Below, in pieces: positions 1-12,082 of a DNA stretch of 64,000 bases (positions within the stretch are counted from its first letter, which is position 1; every line of letters begins with the position of its first letter). Made by a program: the position numbers and the translations under genes. The stretch lies in the NCBI RefSeq assembly GCF_044704955.1, contig NC_091995.1:96720001-96784000 (forward strand), written 5' to 3'. This DNA is from Pristiophorus japonicus (Eukaryota). The notes under the pieces were generated by a model that saw nothing but the letters and a program-made list of their open reading frames with translations, did no database searches and was not told the origin of the DNA.

Positions 1-384
1 CACACTTTCCCCTTGGAGTCTCTCCACTTCCTTCTCCAGCCCCTTGTGTTTAGTAATTACAGATTCAGGATTTAACAAAATATAGACACCGCCAACTTTA
101 TCAAATGCTTTACAATTCAAGCACTTGGGGCAAGTGCCCCGAGACACCCAGGACTGGCAGGCACCGGGCCAGCGGCTGGTGGACACGGGGGGAGCAGGGC
201 CGCGGGCTCCACGCTCGGTTTTGCGATAAAACACCCGCGGGACACGCAGCCCGAGTGAGGAAAGACCGCGGGCCCGGCCTCAACACACGGCCCCGCGCTC
301 CCCGCACAGACCGCGGCCGAGAAACAGTCTTCCCCCCGCGCCCGGTCCCTCCCTCAGCCGCCCGCCATCACTGCAGCCACTCAC

Positions 385-432
385 CGCTCCCTCCGTCTGC
401 TCCTTCTGCCGCACTCCCCGAGCGGAAGTAAC
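385..432 (-). promoter_or_regulatory. CpG-island promoter and probable non-coding first exon of a gene running off the left edge
   Basis: CpG-rich 140-450. ETS/GABP-type CGGAAGT at 423-429. Minus-strand donor GCG|GTGAGT (intron starts at 384). No ATG in the exon. Gene identity not visible. Confidence 0.55.
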
Positions 433-445
433 CAGGCGATCCCGA

Positions 446-1485
446 GACAGACAGCACGGGGTTAGATAGAGAGTAAAGCTCCCTCGACACTGTCCCAAAC
501 ACTCCCAGGGCAGGCACAGGGGGTTAGATACAGAGTAAAGCTCCTTCTACACTGTCCCATCAAACACTCCCAGGGCAGGTACAGGGGGTTAGATACAGAG
601 TAAAGCTCCCTCTACACTGTCCCATCAAACACTCCCAGGGCAGGTACACGGGGTTAGATACAGAGTAAAGTTCCCTCTACACTGTCCCATCAAACACTTC
701 CAGGGCAGGTACAGGGGGTTAGATACAGAGTAAAGTTCCCTCTACACTGTCCCATCAAACACTCCCAGGGCAGGTACAGGGGGTTAGATACAGAGTAAAG
801 CTCCCTCTATACTGTCCCATTAAACACTTCCAGGGCAGGTGCAGCATGGGGTTAAATATAGAGTAAAGCTCCCTCTACACTGTCCCATCAAACACTCCCA
901 GGGCAGGTACAGGGGGTTAGATACAGAGTAAAGCTCCCTCTACACTGTCCCATCAAACACTCCCAGGGCAGGTACAGGGGGTTAGATACAGAGTAAAGCT
1001 CCCTCTACACTGTCCCATCAAACACTCCCAGGGCAGGTACAGGGGGTTAGATACAGAGTAAAGTTCCCTCTACACTGTCCCATTAAACACTCCCAGGGCA
1101 GGTACAGCACGGGGTTCGATACAGAGTAAAGCTCCCTCTACACTGTCCCATCATACACTCCCAGGGCAGGTACAGGAGATTAGATACAGAGTAAAGCTCC
1201 CTCTACACTGTCCCATTAAACACTCCCAGGGCAGGTACAGCACGGAGTTAGATACAGAGTAAAGCTCCCTCTACACTTTCCCTTCAAACACTTCCAGGGC
1301 AATTACAGCACGGGGTTCGATAGAGTAAAGCTCCCTCAACACTGTCCCATCAAACACTCCCAGGGCAGGTACAGGGGGTTCGATACAGAGTAAAGCTCCC
1401 TCAACACTGTCCCATCAAACACTCCCAGGGCAGGTACAGGGGGTTCGATACAGAGTAAAGCTCCCTCTACAATGTTCCATCAAAT
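446..1485 (+). repeat. ~65-68 bp tandem satellite (GGGTTAGATACAGAGTAAAGCTCCCTCTACACTGTCCCATCAAACACTCCCAGGGCAGGTACA)
   Basis: About 15 near-identical tandem units. Same family occurs reverse-complemented at 53159-54196. Confidence 0.95.
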
Positions 1486-1699
1486 ACTGACCTAATTTAT
1501 GGCAGTTTCTAGCTCATCCAACATCCCAATGTCCTTCCAGGTCAGAACGCACAACCCTCACTTCGTGGCCAGGTATCAATTCCAGAGCAAGAAAAAGCCA
1601 TTCTGCCCTTGCTGATCAGAGACTAGCTGCCCCATTTCCCCCTACCCGAGTGCCTGGCAGCCACTCTCCATCCAGTGGCCTCAACCTGGCCCACAATGG

Positions 1700-2650
1700 T
1701 TGCCGGGCTGTCACTAGCAGGGCGCAAGGATCAGTGCTGGGGCCTCAGCTCTTTACAATCTGTATTAATGACTTATTGAAGGAACTGAATAACATATCCA
1801 AGTCTATGTGCAAAATTAGGTCAGAAAGTAAGCTGTGAGGAGGATGCAAAGAGATTGCAGAGATATATCGACAGGCTAACTGAGTGGGCAAGAACATGGC
1901 AAATGGAATACAATGTGTGGAAGTGTTAACTTATCCACTTTGGTAGGAAAGCATTTTTTTTTCAGTGATTTTTTTTTTGAATGGAGATTGGGAAATGTTT
2001 GCATTTAGGAGGACAAGGTGTCCTTGTACATGAATCACTGAAAATTACAGCAAATACAGCAAGCAATTAGGAAATCAAATGGTATGTAAACTTTTGTTAC
2101 AAAGAGTCCAGAGTATGATTGTAAATAAGTCTTACTACAATTATACAGGGCACTGGTGGGATCACACCTGGAGTACTGTATACAGTTGTGAGTTCCTTAT
2201 CTAAGGAAATACATACTTGCTTTAGAGGTAGTTCAATGAAGGTTCATTCGAATCGTTCCTGGGATCAGGGGATTGACCTATGAGGAGAGATTGAGTAGAC
2301 TAAGCCTATATTCCCTAGAGATTAGAAGAACATGAGTTATAATTGAAACATATAAAATTCTTAAGGGGCTTGACAGGATAAATGTTTCCCCTGGCTGGGG
2401 AATCTAGAATACGGGGTCACAGTCTCAGAATAAAGGGGTTGGCCATTTCGGACTGAGATGAGGAGAAATTTCTGCACTCAAAGGGCTGTGGATGCTCAGT
2501 CATTGAGTATATTTAAGGCAGAGGTCGATACATTTTGGGGAATTAAGGGATATGCAGGAAGGTGGAGTTGAGGTAGATCAGCCATGATCTTGTTGAATGG
2601 CGAGCAGGCTCAAATGGCCTACGCCAGCTCCTATTTATGATGTTTTTATG
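1700..2650 (+). mobile_element. CR1 LINE 3' fragment, degenerate
   Basis: QGSVLGPQLFTICIND RT motif and 3' sequence similar to the other CR1 copies in the window. Confidence 0.85.
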
Positions 2651-5600
2651 AAGGATGGTTCTATCAGGAACTCTTCCGTTGCTCCAATGACCGTTCTTTG
2701 GAGTCAGTTACTTTGAGGAGCTTTGTAAACCCCGCGGACAAGAAACCTGCCAGAGCCAATGACTTCATTCATTTTACTGCCCTGCGTGGGATCTGATGGA
2801 GTTACCTCCCCTACAAGCACAGATAGCGGCCTGGGAATGGTCTGCCTCTTCTGATGTTTGGAGATTGGAGCCTGGGGGCTTGGAACCAATGTGACCCAAA
2901 AAGGAAATACGAGCAACTGTACTTCAATTCAAGTTATTGTTTATTCTGGAAAAAACAATCACAAAAGTAGAAAAACAGCCCTTTGATGACATTCAAGTTG
3001 TGTTTTATATTAACAGCATGAAGTAAATTGCACAGATAAAGCAGAGCTTTGTCGATGAATCCTAAAAGTGTTTTCACTCTTCATGATATATTAAAAGCTT
3101 TTTAAGTTTCAGTCTGAAGACACTGTACCTCATACACAGGGTGCTGAACACAGTAAAACCACCCTACATTACTGTCAGCGGTGCTGCATAAGTCACCTCA
3201 ACACCAGTTGGCTGGTATTTTAGAAATGCTCAAGGGCAGGGTTACAATACAAGAAATTTTAAAAGGGAGATGACATCTGTTCCATCTGTCGATTAGGAGA
3301 CTTCTGGCTTTGACTCGATCGATGCAAAGTTCTCATTCGAGCTATGGCAACAGAAGAGTTGCAGCGATTATCCTCAAACCATGATAAAATGGGGCACAGC
3401 TAGAGAGCGAGGCACACTAAAATATGTTCGGGGGGTGGGGGGAGAGATGGGAGAGAGATGGAAGGTGCAGCCATTTCCGAGAGGGTGAGGGACATCTCAT
3501 GGGAAGAACATATTTTATAAAAAAAGCTAATTGAAAATGATAATTTTGGGAATTGAGAATGGGTCTGACAGTCACCTCCATTTGTTCCAGTGTCTGTCCT
3601 CATTCCAAAATTATTCTTTATAGCAACCTGTGGATACTACCAGTCAGTGGTTTGAGTGTCTTCAGCACCCAGAAACAGGCACACATTCCAAGACAAGATT
3701 ATAAAATCCCAGAGTTAGGACATGCCAAAGAAGATAATCTGAAAATTATCCTCGCTAAGGATAATTACGGCACCAAAGCTTTGTTTCCTCGTACTTTTAA
3801 ACAAAGTCACGAGATAGGACTCACCCCTCTGAACCGATGGTCCAATGTCGACTGGGGGAGGTTCAAGAGCAGGTACCAGAACAGGCACTGTACGGAGAGA
3901 CCAAACCACACGCAGGGCAGGGAGCTACATGCCACGTCATTGTGGCCAACACCTGCTACACAAGTCAGAAACAGCACCAAACATGAAGTCCGCAAGGGGC
4001 CTGGCTCAAGGGTTTCCCAATGGTTAAAAATACAGGAACAGAACTGAACCGGAACAAAATTCATTGCTCCTGAAATGCTTACAGGAATAAGATCATTTCA
4101 CATTTTTATATAAAAAAGCTAAGGCAATTGAAAGAAGTCATGGATACAACACACAGCTTCAGAGCAGCAGCAGACTGGTAGATAAATCGATAGAGTGGGC
4201 ACTGGGCTCCCAATACCATGACAAATGGGGCACTTCACCCCTCCCACCCAAGCCTGACCCACAGGTTCGAATCCCCTCCCTGGAGAGTCCCCATGCCCTG
4301 GGTTTTGGATATTGAGGGCAAAGTATTTGTGGAATGATGGCTACACGCAACATGTGGTTTAGTGCAATGGAGATACTGCTCTGTAATCACTGCGCATATA
4401 TTAAAGGCAGATAGACTTTTGCATTATCCACATTGACCTAAACCAATGTAGAAGTTAACCGTCAGGAAGAGACACTCGGTTCAATATAGCCGGTGATGTA
4501 TGGATACCCAGAGGGACATCTGTTCAGCTTCAGACTCTCAGATGCTTAAACAATCACACACAACTACTTCAAACAATTCCTTGCCGATGTGTCATTGTTG
4601 CAGTAACCGTGTTATATGTAAAAGACTGAGGGGAATTATTCAATTCACAAGAGGAGCATGCGGCCAAGTCAGTGTCCAACGGGAATAAAGGCTTGCAACG
4701 GTTCTTTAATTAAAAACATTTAAAATGGCAGATTCCTCGCTGTTAGGTGGAGTTGATCATTCTTTCCATGAAGGCATCCTCTGCACAATGATCACAATCA
4801 CATTCCTCGAGATTTCAGATGACAGCATGTGACCATCGCTCCTAAGATTCTCCACACGGCCCAATTCAGAGCCCGACCACTGGACCCCATCCTGTACCTG
4901 TGTCCACCAACAAGATCCCAAGTCCTCCTGATCCTGCCCTTTAGCGCGAGCCATTTCCACCCGAGGAAGGAGTGTGCAAAGCGTGTCCACGACCTGTGAA
5001 CCCCAAACCCACATCGCTAAACAGCGAAACCCCGGGTGAGCGGGCAGGGAGCTCAAGCCCCGGAGCCAGACTGGTGGGGCATCAGAGGGGGCAGGCGGGT
5101 AGGGAGCGGGAATTATGAGGGAAGCTTTCATGGACACAAGTGCAGATTTTGGCCTGAAATCTCAAAAATGAGTTATCCACTCAAAATCAGAGTAAGGAAC
5201 TGAGTTTCTACAACCCTCCGCCATTGTAATTCTGCTCCACCCCATGTGCAGCTCCCATCACCATGCTGCTCAGTGGCTGAAAGGCCAGAGGACGCAGTAC
5301 CATTACAAGGCCACCTATGGTGGAATAGGCTCAGATTTCCCCCCATCTCCAGGGGGGCAGGGCAAGGGAGATTGTGGGCAAGGCGGGGGTGGAGGGCAGG
5401 CGATTTGACCCATGGCCCACTGCACCAAGTGAGTTTTTTCACTTTCTAAAGATGGTTTTCTCTAAGAAAAGAGGTTAAGGCAGAGGGAGCAGGCATTGGG
5501 CAGGAGCAGAAAACCTGCTGGTGCTGGGTTAACTCACTGTGACTCTCAGTACGGCCAGCACATTATTCACTGCTGCTAAAGCTTGCATTTACTTGCAACA

Positions 5601-6084
5601 AAGTGTAAAATTCTCAGTTGTTCCCATTTTCTCAGCTGGTTTAAAATGCCTCCCGTTGGCAAAGAATTTTTATTTTATCTGAAAAAGGCAACAATAGCCA
5701 GTGAGCAAAGGGTTAAACCACAGCAAACTCGGCCTGACCAGCCCCCATAGCCCTGATCACAAGGCAGCCTCTCCCCTCATCGTGAAAAAACTAAAGGCTA
5801 AGTGTGTGCATCAATCTCATGTTACACCACGAATACCTCACAAAACACGATCCCGAGAATATCGGCAACATTTCCACAATGGCTTCCTCGCTTCATACAA
5901 CATTTGAACATTGCCGGAGGCAGCGGACACCGAGGGCCCAAAATTGCCCCTTTCTATAGGCCTCTGGTCGGCCGCGGGTCTCCGCCGTTTTAGACACTGC
6001 CCTTCCTCAGGTTCGGAGCGGTGTCGGGGACCTCTCCGCCCGTTGTCCCAAAGCGGTGAGCACACGCCGACCCCTTTCCCAAAA

Positions 6085-6362
6085 GTGCCCCGCGGGAGTG
6101 GCAGTGCCGCCGGTCGGTGCCCCGCGGGAGTGGCAGTGCCGGCGGCCGGTGCCCCGCGGGAGTGGCAGTGCCGGCGGTCAGTGCCCCGCGGGAGTGGCAG
6201 TGCCGGTGCCCCGCGGGAGTGGCAGTGCCACCGGTCGGTGCCCCGCGGGAGTGGCAGTGCCACCGGTCGGTGCCCCGCGGGAGTGGCAGTGCCACCGGTC
6301 GGTGCCCCGCGGGAGTGGCAGTGCCACCGGTCGGTGCCCCGCGGGAGTGGCAGTGCCACCGG
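6085..6362 (+). repeat. 32-bp GC-rich minisatellite (GTGCCCCGCGGGAGTGGCAGTGCCACCGGTCG)
   Basis: About 9 tandem copies read directly. Confidence 0.95.
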
Positions 6363-6647
6363 TACTCTCTGGTTTGGTGGCACGGCCGCCCTTAAAGGGG
6401 AGGTGGAGCTGCCGGTGATGCCGTGCTATTTCTTTTTGTCGGCCAACTGCCAGGTCGGGCCGCCAACAGGCAGCCTGGCACTCCTCTCGGTGCCAGGCCC
6501 CTGGCCCGGCCAAAACCCTCCCTCCTGATGGCCCAATGTTTGCCACTAAAGTGGCTGCTGAGTTCTCAGTGGCCCTCCCCTTTAACCGATGGGGAGAGAC
6601 ATTGTGACGTGTCAGCACGCGCTGAGCCTCACAGCGTCCGTCACTCC

Positions 6648-7066
6648 ACCCCGGCCCGGCCCGCCCCCGACCAGCCCCGCCCCCACCCCCGCCCAGCCCC
6701 GCCCCCGCCCAGCCCCGCCCCCGACCAGCCCCGCCCCGCCCCCGACCAGCCCCGCCCCGCCCCCGACCAACTCCCGCCCCGCCCCCGACCAACTCCCGCC
6801 CCGCCCCCGACCAGCCCCGCCCCCACCAACTCCCACCCCGCCCCCGACCAGCCCCGCCCCCACCAACTCCCGCCCCCGACCAGCCCCGCCCCCGACCCAC
6901 CCCACCCCGCCCCCACCAACTCCCACCCCGCCCCCCACCAGCCCCGCCCCCACCAACTCCCGCCCCGCCCCCACCAACTCCCACCCACGCCCCGCCCCCA
7001 CCCCCACTCCAGCCCTGCCCCCGCCAACTCCCGCCCCGCCCCCACCCTGCCCCCACTCCGCCCCCA
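6648..7066 (+). repeat. C-rich low-complexity repeat (CCCCGCCCCCGACCAG-like)
   Basis: Degenerate tandem units; source of the spurious Pro/Gly ORFs. Confidence 0.9.
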
Positions 7067-7707
7067 CAGTGCTGAATTTCTCCAGCCGGAACACACCGGA
7101 AACAGTTGGTGCGACTTGTTTCGGGCGGTGGGTAATTTCGGCCCCTGGGGTTTGAACTTCGATCGGAAGCTGTTCCTTCTGAAGATGTGAAGCTGGGACC
7201 TCTAAACACGCCTTATGTGATGGACACCTTGATCAATGCCCAGGGGTTCAATCAGCACTCGTACTGCCCCATGCCACACCCGCTTCATTAGCCTATTACT
7301 TATGATAAAGTAACTTTACCGCAAATCGTACAGAGCAAGGCTCTCTGTAAGGAACAATACCACAGAATATTGGAGAGCTGGTAGTTAAAACTGATCCCAT
7401 TCCCCTCCCCTGCCCCCCACCCCTCCCGCACTCCCCTCATCCCAAGATGCGGATAGACACCCGTTATTCAGAACACAATCCACCAGCTCCTCAGAGAAAC
7501 CACATGGAACCCTCAGTCACAGGGGACCCCCAGGCTGCACAGGCAAGGGGCATCTGCCTAATTGGGGAGAAGAAATGAACTCAAATTGCTGGAATCTGCA
7601 CCATGGCCTCGATGAGGAGATGGTCCATGGCTGTTTCAGCTGCTCTGAGCAGGTCCCGTCACCCCAGCCGCCCTCCTCTGCTGCTCCCCTGGGCTCCGAG
7701 CATTGCT

Positions 7708-7803
7708 TCAGGAAGATTTCCATCGCAGCACCACCAGAGTGGTGATGACTCCCAGTGTGAAGATGCTGATAGTTTGCCAGGTTGGCGTGCCCAAGAGAGC
7801 TTC
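7708..7803 (-). CDS. BAX: BAX exon 6 (C-terminal tail anchor): EALLGTPTWQTISIFTLGVITTLVVLRWKSS*
   Basis: Acceptor ttttgcag|GAA. GTPTWQT matches the BAX alpha8-alpha9 region. Hydrophobic helix, TGA ends at 7708. Confidence 0.95.
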   Translation of the reverse strand, partial: EALLGTPTWQTISIFTLGVITTLVVLRWKSS

Positions 7804-8099
7804 CTGCAAAACAAACACCAAAACCAGGTTAGACCAAACGAAAACATGGCACTTCCGTTCCACATCCAAAACACCTGAGTTTTCAGGGACAGTGACTTGT
7901 GGGGACTTTACACACAAGGATCTGGATATCTGGAGCTACAATCAATGGAAACAGCTTCCACACGCAGGGCCATAGTGCAGCCAGCTCAGAGCTGGCATAT
8001 TATCAGCCTATCACAAGAGAGGCTCGGGCTTTCGCACTAATTTGACTCACCTATCCAATCCCTCCTCAATTTATGTTCATCTTTACCAGGGTCCAGCTT

Positions 8100-8870
8100 G
8101 CGGTTTGATTTGTGGATTAGACTTCAGGATCAGACTTCAGGATCACCATTGAGCTTATTGGTAAAATACTCAGCACAGCTCAAGTCACAACCTCACCAGC
8201 TCCACTCCAGAGATATAATCCAGGTCGACACTCCAGTGCAGTACCGAGGGAGCACCGCAATGTCTGGAGGGACGGTGATGAGTGAGCGGCGCACTGTCGG
8301 AGGGGCAGTACTGAGGGAGCGCCGCACTGTCGGAGGGGCAGTACTGAGGGAGCGCCGCACTGTCGGAGGGGCAGTACTGAGGGAGCGCCGCACTGTCGGA
8401 GGGGCAGTACTGAGGGAGCGCCGCACTGTCGGAGGGGCAGTACTGAGGGAGTGCCGCACTGTCGGTGGGGCAGTACTGAGGGAGCGCCGCACTGTCGGAG
8501 GGGCAGTACTGAGGGAGCGCCGCACTGTCGGAGGGGCAGTACTGAGGGAGCGCCGCACTGTCGGAGGGGCAGTACTGAGGGAGTGCGGCACTGTCGGAGG
8601 GGCAGTACTGAGGGAGTGCTGCACTGTCGGAGGGGCAGTACTGAGGGAGCGCCGCACTGTTGGAGGGGCAGTACTGAGGGAGTGCCGCACTGTCGGAGGG
8701 GCGGTACTGAGGGAGCGCCGTACTGTTGGAGGGGCAGTACTGAGGGAGTGCCGCACTGTCGGAGGGGCCCTGTTTTAGACGAGATGTTAATCCAAGGCCG
8801 TTTGACCTCTTAGGTGGATGTAAAAGATCCCATGGTACTTTTTCCAAAGATGATGAGGGGAGTTATGCTC
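8100..8870 (+). mobile_element. SINE with an internal 33-bp tandem expansion (8285-8765, CGCCGCACTGTCGGAGGGGCAGTACTGAGGGAG)
   Basis: The same unit occurs once in the SINE copies at 35380-35820 and 37195-37620 and is amplified again at 48430-48870. Confidence 0.75.
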
Positions 8871-9118
8871 CTCCTGCTGCCAGCCCCAGTGGCAGACATG
8901 TGTTGACCAGCACTTCTCCCCGAGGCTACTGTGTCCGGATACACTCCACAGGGAACAATCCTGGCGGTTTCACACTTGAAGTTCATCCTTCACTATCACC
9001 AGAGCTGAGTGTTGGGGCTAGTACCACGGGTCAGTCACCAGCCTGTTATTACCCACACCCAGGGCTATCCAAAGCATGAGATAAATCCCAGAGACAACAT
9101 GCTGGTGTGGCCACTCAC

Positions 9119-9223
9119 CCAGCCCCCGTGCTCCCGAATCCAGCGCAGGATATTCTCCTGGATATATTCCATAGTCCAGCTGATTATAGTTTGGATCAGT
9201 TCTGGAATCTTCTGGCACATGGC
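9119..9223 (-). CDS. BAX: BAX exon 5 (BH2): AMCQKIPELIQTIISWTMEYIQENILRWIREHGGW
   Basis: tttctag|GCC ... TGG|gtgagt. 105 nt, phase 0-0, WIxxxGGW BH2 motif. Confidence 0.95.
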
Positions 9224-9899
9224 CTAGAAATAATGAGACATAATTTATTAGACATTCACCTTAAAGGGATATTTCAGGTGCCTACAACACGACCCTCCCA
9301 CAGTGAATCTTGCTGTGCGCAGACTCAGCTCCTGGGGCCAATCAACGGGCACTTTGACAAGTGGCGAGTGCAACAGTTCAGTGTGAGGGACACCAATCCA
9401 GAGACTGGTGAATTGGGGCGCTCGGCTGTGGGTCCAAGAGTTCACAGCTTGCAGTCAGTGGGTCACCCATCAGCCTGCTGGGTGAGGGCTTCGCTGTATC
9501 GGAGGTGGGACCAGCCTGGTTCCAGGGTATAAATTCTCCAGCATTGTCCTGGAGTCAGTGAGCAACCCGGCAATAAAATCATTGGGCCAGTAAACAAAAC
9601 ACTTGCCATTTCCTTTGAACACTTTTGTTTAATAGTTATGGAAATATCGGAGATGGGAAAAGGGACTGTTTGACCGACAGCCAAGAATCATCCAATCAGA
9701 TAAGAGTCACTCGCTTTCCAATTGGCAGGAGGAGCAGCGCGAACGTTTACACATTGGACAATTAATGGCAGGAGCGCGGGGGTGGGGCAGCTGGCCATCA
9801 CACGATGAAACTTCCCGCAATATGTTCAGAGTCTGCGACCCTAACCTGCTCTCATTAACCAGTTGGCTAGTTAAAGCCATCTGCAGCATCCACTAACTC

Positions 9900-10625
9900 G
9901 AGTTTATTCGTTCCGGGATGTGGGCGTCGCTGGCCAGGCCGACATTTATTGCCCCTCCCTAATTGCCCCTTGAGAAGGTGGTGGTGAGCCGCCTTCTCGA
10001 ACTGCTGCAGTCCGTGTGGTGAAGGTACTCCCACAGTGCTGTTAGGGAGGGAGTTCCAGGATTGTGACCCAGCGACGATGAAGGAATGGCCGATATATTT
10101 CCCAGTCGGGATGGTGTGTGACTGGGAGGGGAACGTGGAGGTGGTGGTGTTCCCGTGCACCTGCTGCCCTTGTCCTTCTAGGGGGTAGAGGTCGCGGGTT
10201 TGGGAGGTGCTGCTGAAGAAGCCTTGGTGAGTTGCTGCAGTGCATCTTGTAGATGGTACACACTGCAGCCAGGGGGCGCCGGTGGTGGAGGGAGTGAGTG
10301 TTGAAGGTGGTGGGTAGCGTGTCGATCGAGCGGCTGCTTTGTCCTGGATGGTGTCGAGCTTCTTGAGTGTTGTTGGAGCTGTACTCATCCAGGCAAGTGG
10401 AGAGTGTTCCATCACACTCCTGACTTGTGCCTTGTAGATGGGGGAAAGGCTTTGGGGAGTCAGGAGGTGAGACACTCGCTGCAGAATACCCAGCCTCTGA
10501 CCTGATCTTGTAGCCACAGTATTTATGTGTCTGGTCCAGTTAAGTTTCTGGTCAATGGTGACCCCCAGGATGTTGATGGTGGGGGATTAGACGATGGTAA
10601 TGCCGTTAAATGTTAATTCAAATCC
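9900..10625 (-). mobile_element. Non-LTR retrotransposon 3' fragment (L2/CR1 group)
   Basis: Translation LGILQRVSHLLTPQSLSPIYKAQVRSVMEHSPLAW is typical of the post-RT region. Ends near the gap. Confidence 0.75.
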
Positions 10626-10634
10626 CAGGAGTTT

Positions 10635-10952
10635 NNNNNNNNNNNNNNNNNNNNNNNNNNNNNNNNNNNNNNNNNNNNNNNNNNNNNNNNNNNNNNNNNN
10701 NNNNNNNNNNNNNNNNNNNNNNNNNNNNNNNNNNNNNNNNNNNNNNNNNNNNNNNNNNNNNNNNNNNNNNNNNNNNNNNNNNNNNNNNNNNNNNNNNNNN
10801 NNNNNNNNNNNNNNNNNNNNNNNNNNNNNNNNNNNNNNNNNNNNNNNNNNNNNNNNNNNNNNNNNNNNNNNNNNNNNNNNNNNNNNNNNNNNNNNNNNNN
10901 NNNNNNNNNNNNNNNNNNNNNNNNNNNNNNNNNNNNNNNNNNNNNNNNNNNN
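10635..10952. other. Assembly gap (318 N)
   Basis: Run of N. Confidence 1.
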
Positions 10953-11339
10953 CAGCTGTGGTGGGACAAAGGTGAAAAGTTCCCTTCAATTTCACAGCAT
11001 CCCAGTTTCCACTGTTTACTGTTTCACACAGAACAGAGCCCACAGTAAATCCGCACGGCTGGCCTCAACAGCCGTACATAGGTGGGAAGCTGGTCGACAG
11101 TAGCTCCCTCCACTGTGTGTGCAGTGTAACTGTAGATGGCGGAGTCATCATCATCATAGCACAACTTGCTTTCACGCCAATACAACACGGAACAAAAGGC
11201 CACAAGTAACTGCAGCAAGCACTGGAGATTAATTTCCCAGATAAGCTTCTGATACAGTCACAAAGAGCAGAGTTCAATTATACAAGTTAACCTCACCACC
11301 CACACAGCAGACTGGAACAAGTAGGAGCTTGTCCACAAC

Positions 11340-12080
11340 AAGCCCATCCCTCCAGTCCCCTAACTCTCCCATCGAAGCCCATCCCTCCAATATCCTAACT
11401 CTCCCATCGAAGCCCATCCCTCCAGTCCCCTAACTCTCCCATCGAAGCCCATCACTCAGGTCCCCTAACTCTCCCATCGAAGCCCATCCCTCCAATATCC
11501 TAACTCTCCCATCGAAGCCCATCCCTCCAGTCCCCTAACTCTCCCATCGAAGCCCATCCCTCCAGTCCCCTAACTCGCCCATCCCTCCAGTCCCCTAACT
11601 CTCCCATCGAAGCCCATCCCTCGAGTCCCCTAACTCTCACATCGAAGCCCATCCCTCCAATATCCTAACTCTCCCATCGAAGCCCATCCCTCCAGTCCCC
11701 TAACTCTCCCATCGAAGCCCATCACTCAGGTCCTCTAACTCTCCCATCGAAGCCCATCCCTCCAGTCCCCTAACTCTCCCATCGAAGCCCATCCCTCCAG
11801 TCCCCTAACTCTCCCATCGAAGCCCATCACTCCAGTCCCCTAACTCTCCCATCGAAGCCCATCCCTCCAGTCCCCTAACTCTCCCATCGAAGCCCATCCC
11901 TCCAGTCCCCTAACTCTCCCATCGAAGCCCATCCCTCCAGTCCCCTAACTCTCCCATCGAAGCCCATCACTCCAGTCCCCTAACTCTCCCATCGAAGCCC
12001 ATCCCTCCAGTCCCCTAACTCTCCCATCGAAGCCCATCCCTCCAGTCCCCTAACTCTCCCATCGAAGCCCATCCCTCTAG
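11340..12080 (+). repeat. 35-bp minisatellite (AAGCCCATCCCTCCAGTCCCCTAACTCTCCCATCG) in BAX intron 4
   Basis: About 21 copies. A remnant unit resumes at 15131-15160 after the CR1 insertion. Confidence 0.95.
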
Positions 12081-12082
12081 TC

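Larger units (their letters stand above)
5934..7145. mobile_element. Putative non-autonomous DNA transposon (MITE-like) with internal minisatellites
   Basis: Imperfect terminal inverted repeats GGGCCCAAAATTGCCC (5934) and GGGTAATTTCGGCCCC (ends 7145). No clear TSD seen. Confidence 0.5.

Noticed and set aside
355-385. CAGTGA on the minus strand as a ferritin-type iron-responsive element (FTL neighbours BAX in mammals)
   Set aside because: No proper 5-bp upper stem or bulged C, and it falls after the splice donor.
3553-4047. 164-aa ORF in unique sequence
   Set aside because: Non-ATG start, no recognisable motif or exon structure; likely BAX 3' UTR or intergenic (minus-strand AATAAA candidates at 5669-5674 and 2940-2945).
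8098-8847. 220-226 aa repeat ORFs (RTVGGAVLRER)n, also at 48345-48830
   Set aside because: Artefact of a 33-bp SINE-derived tandem repeat.
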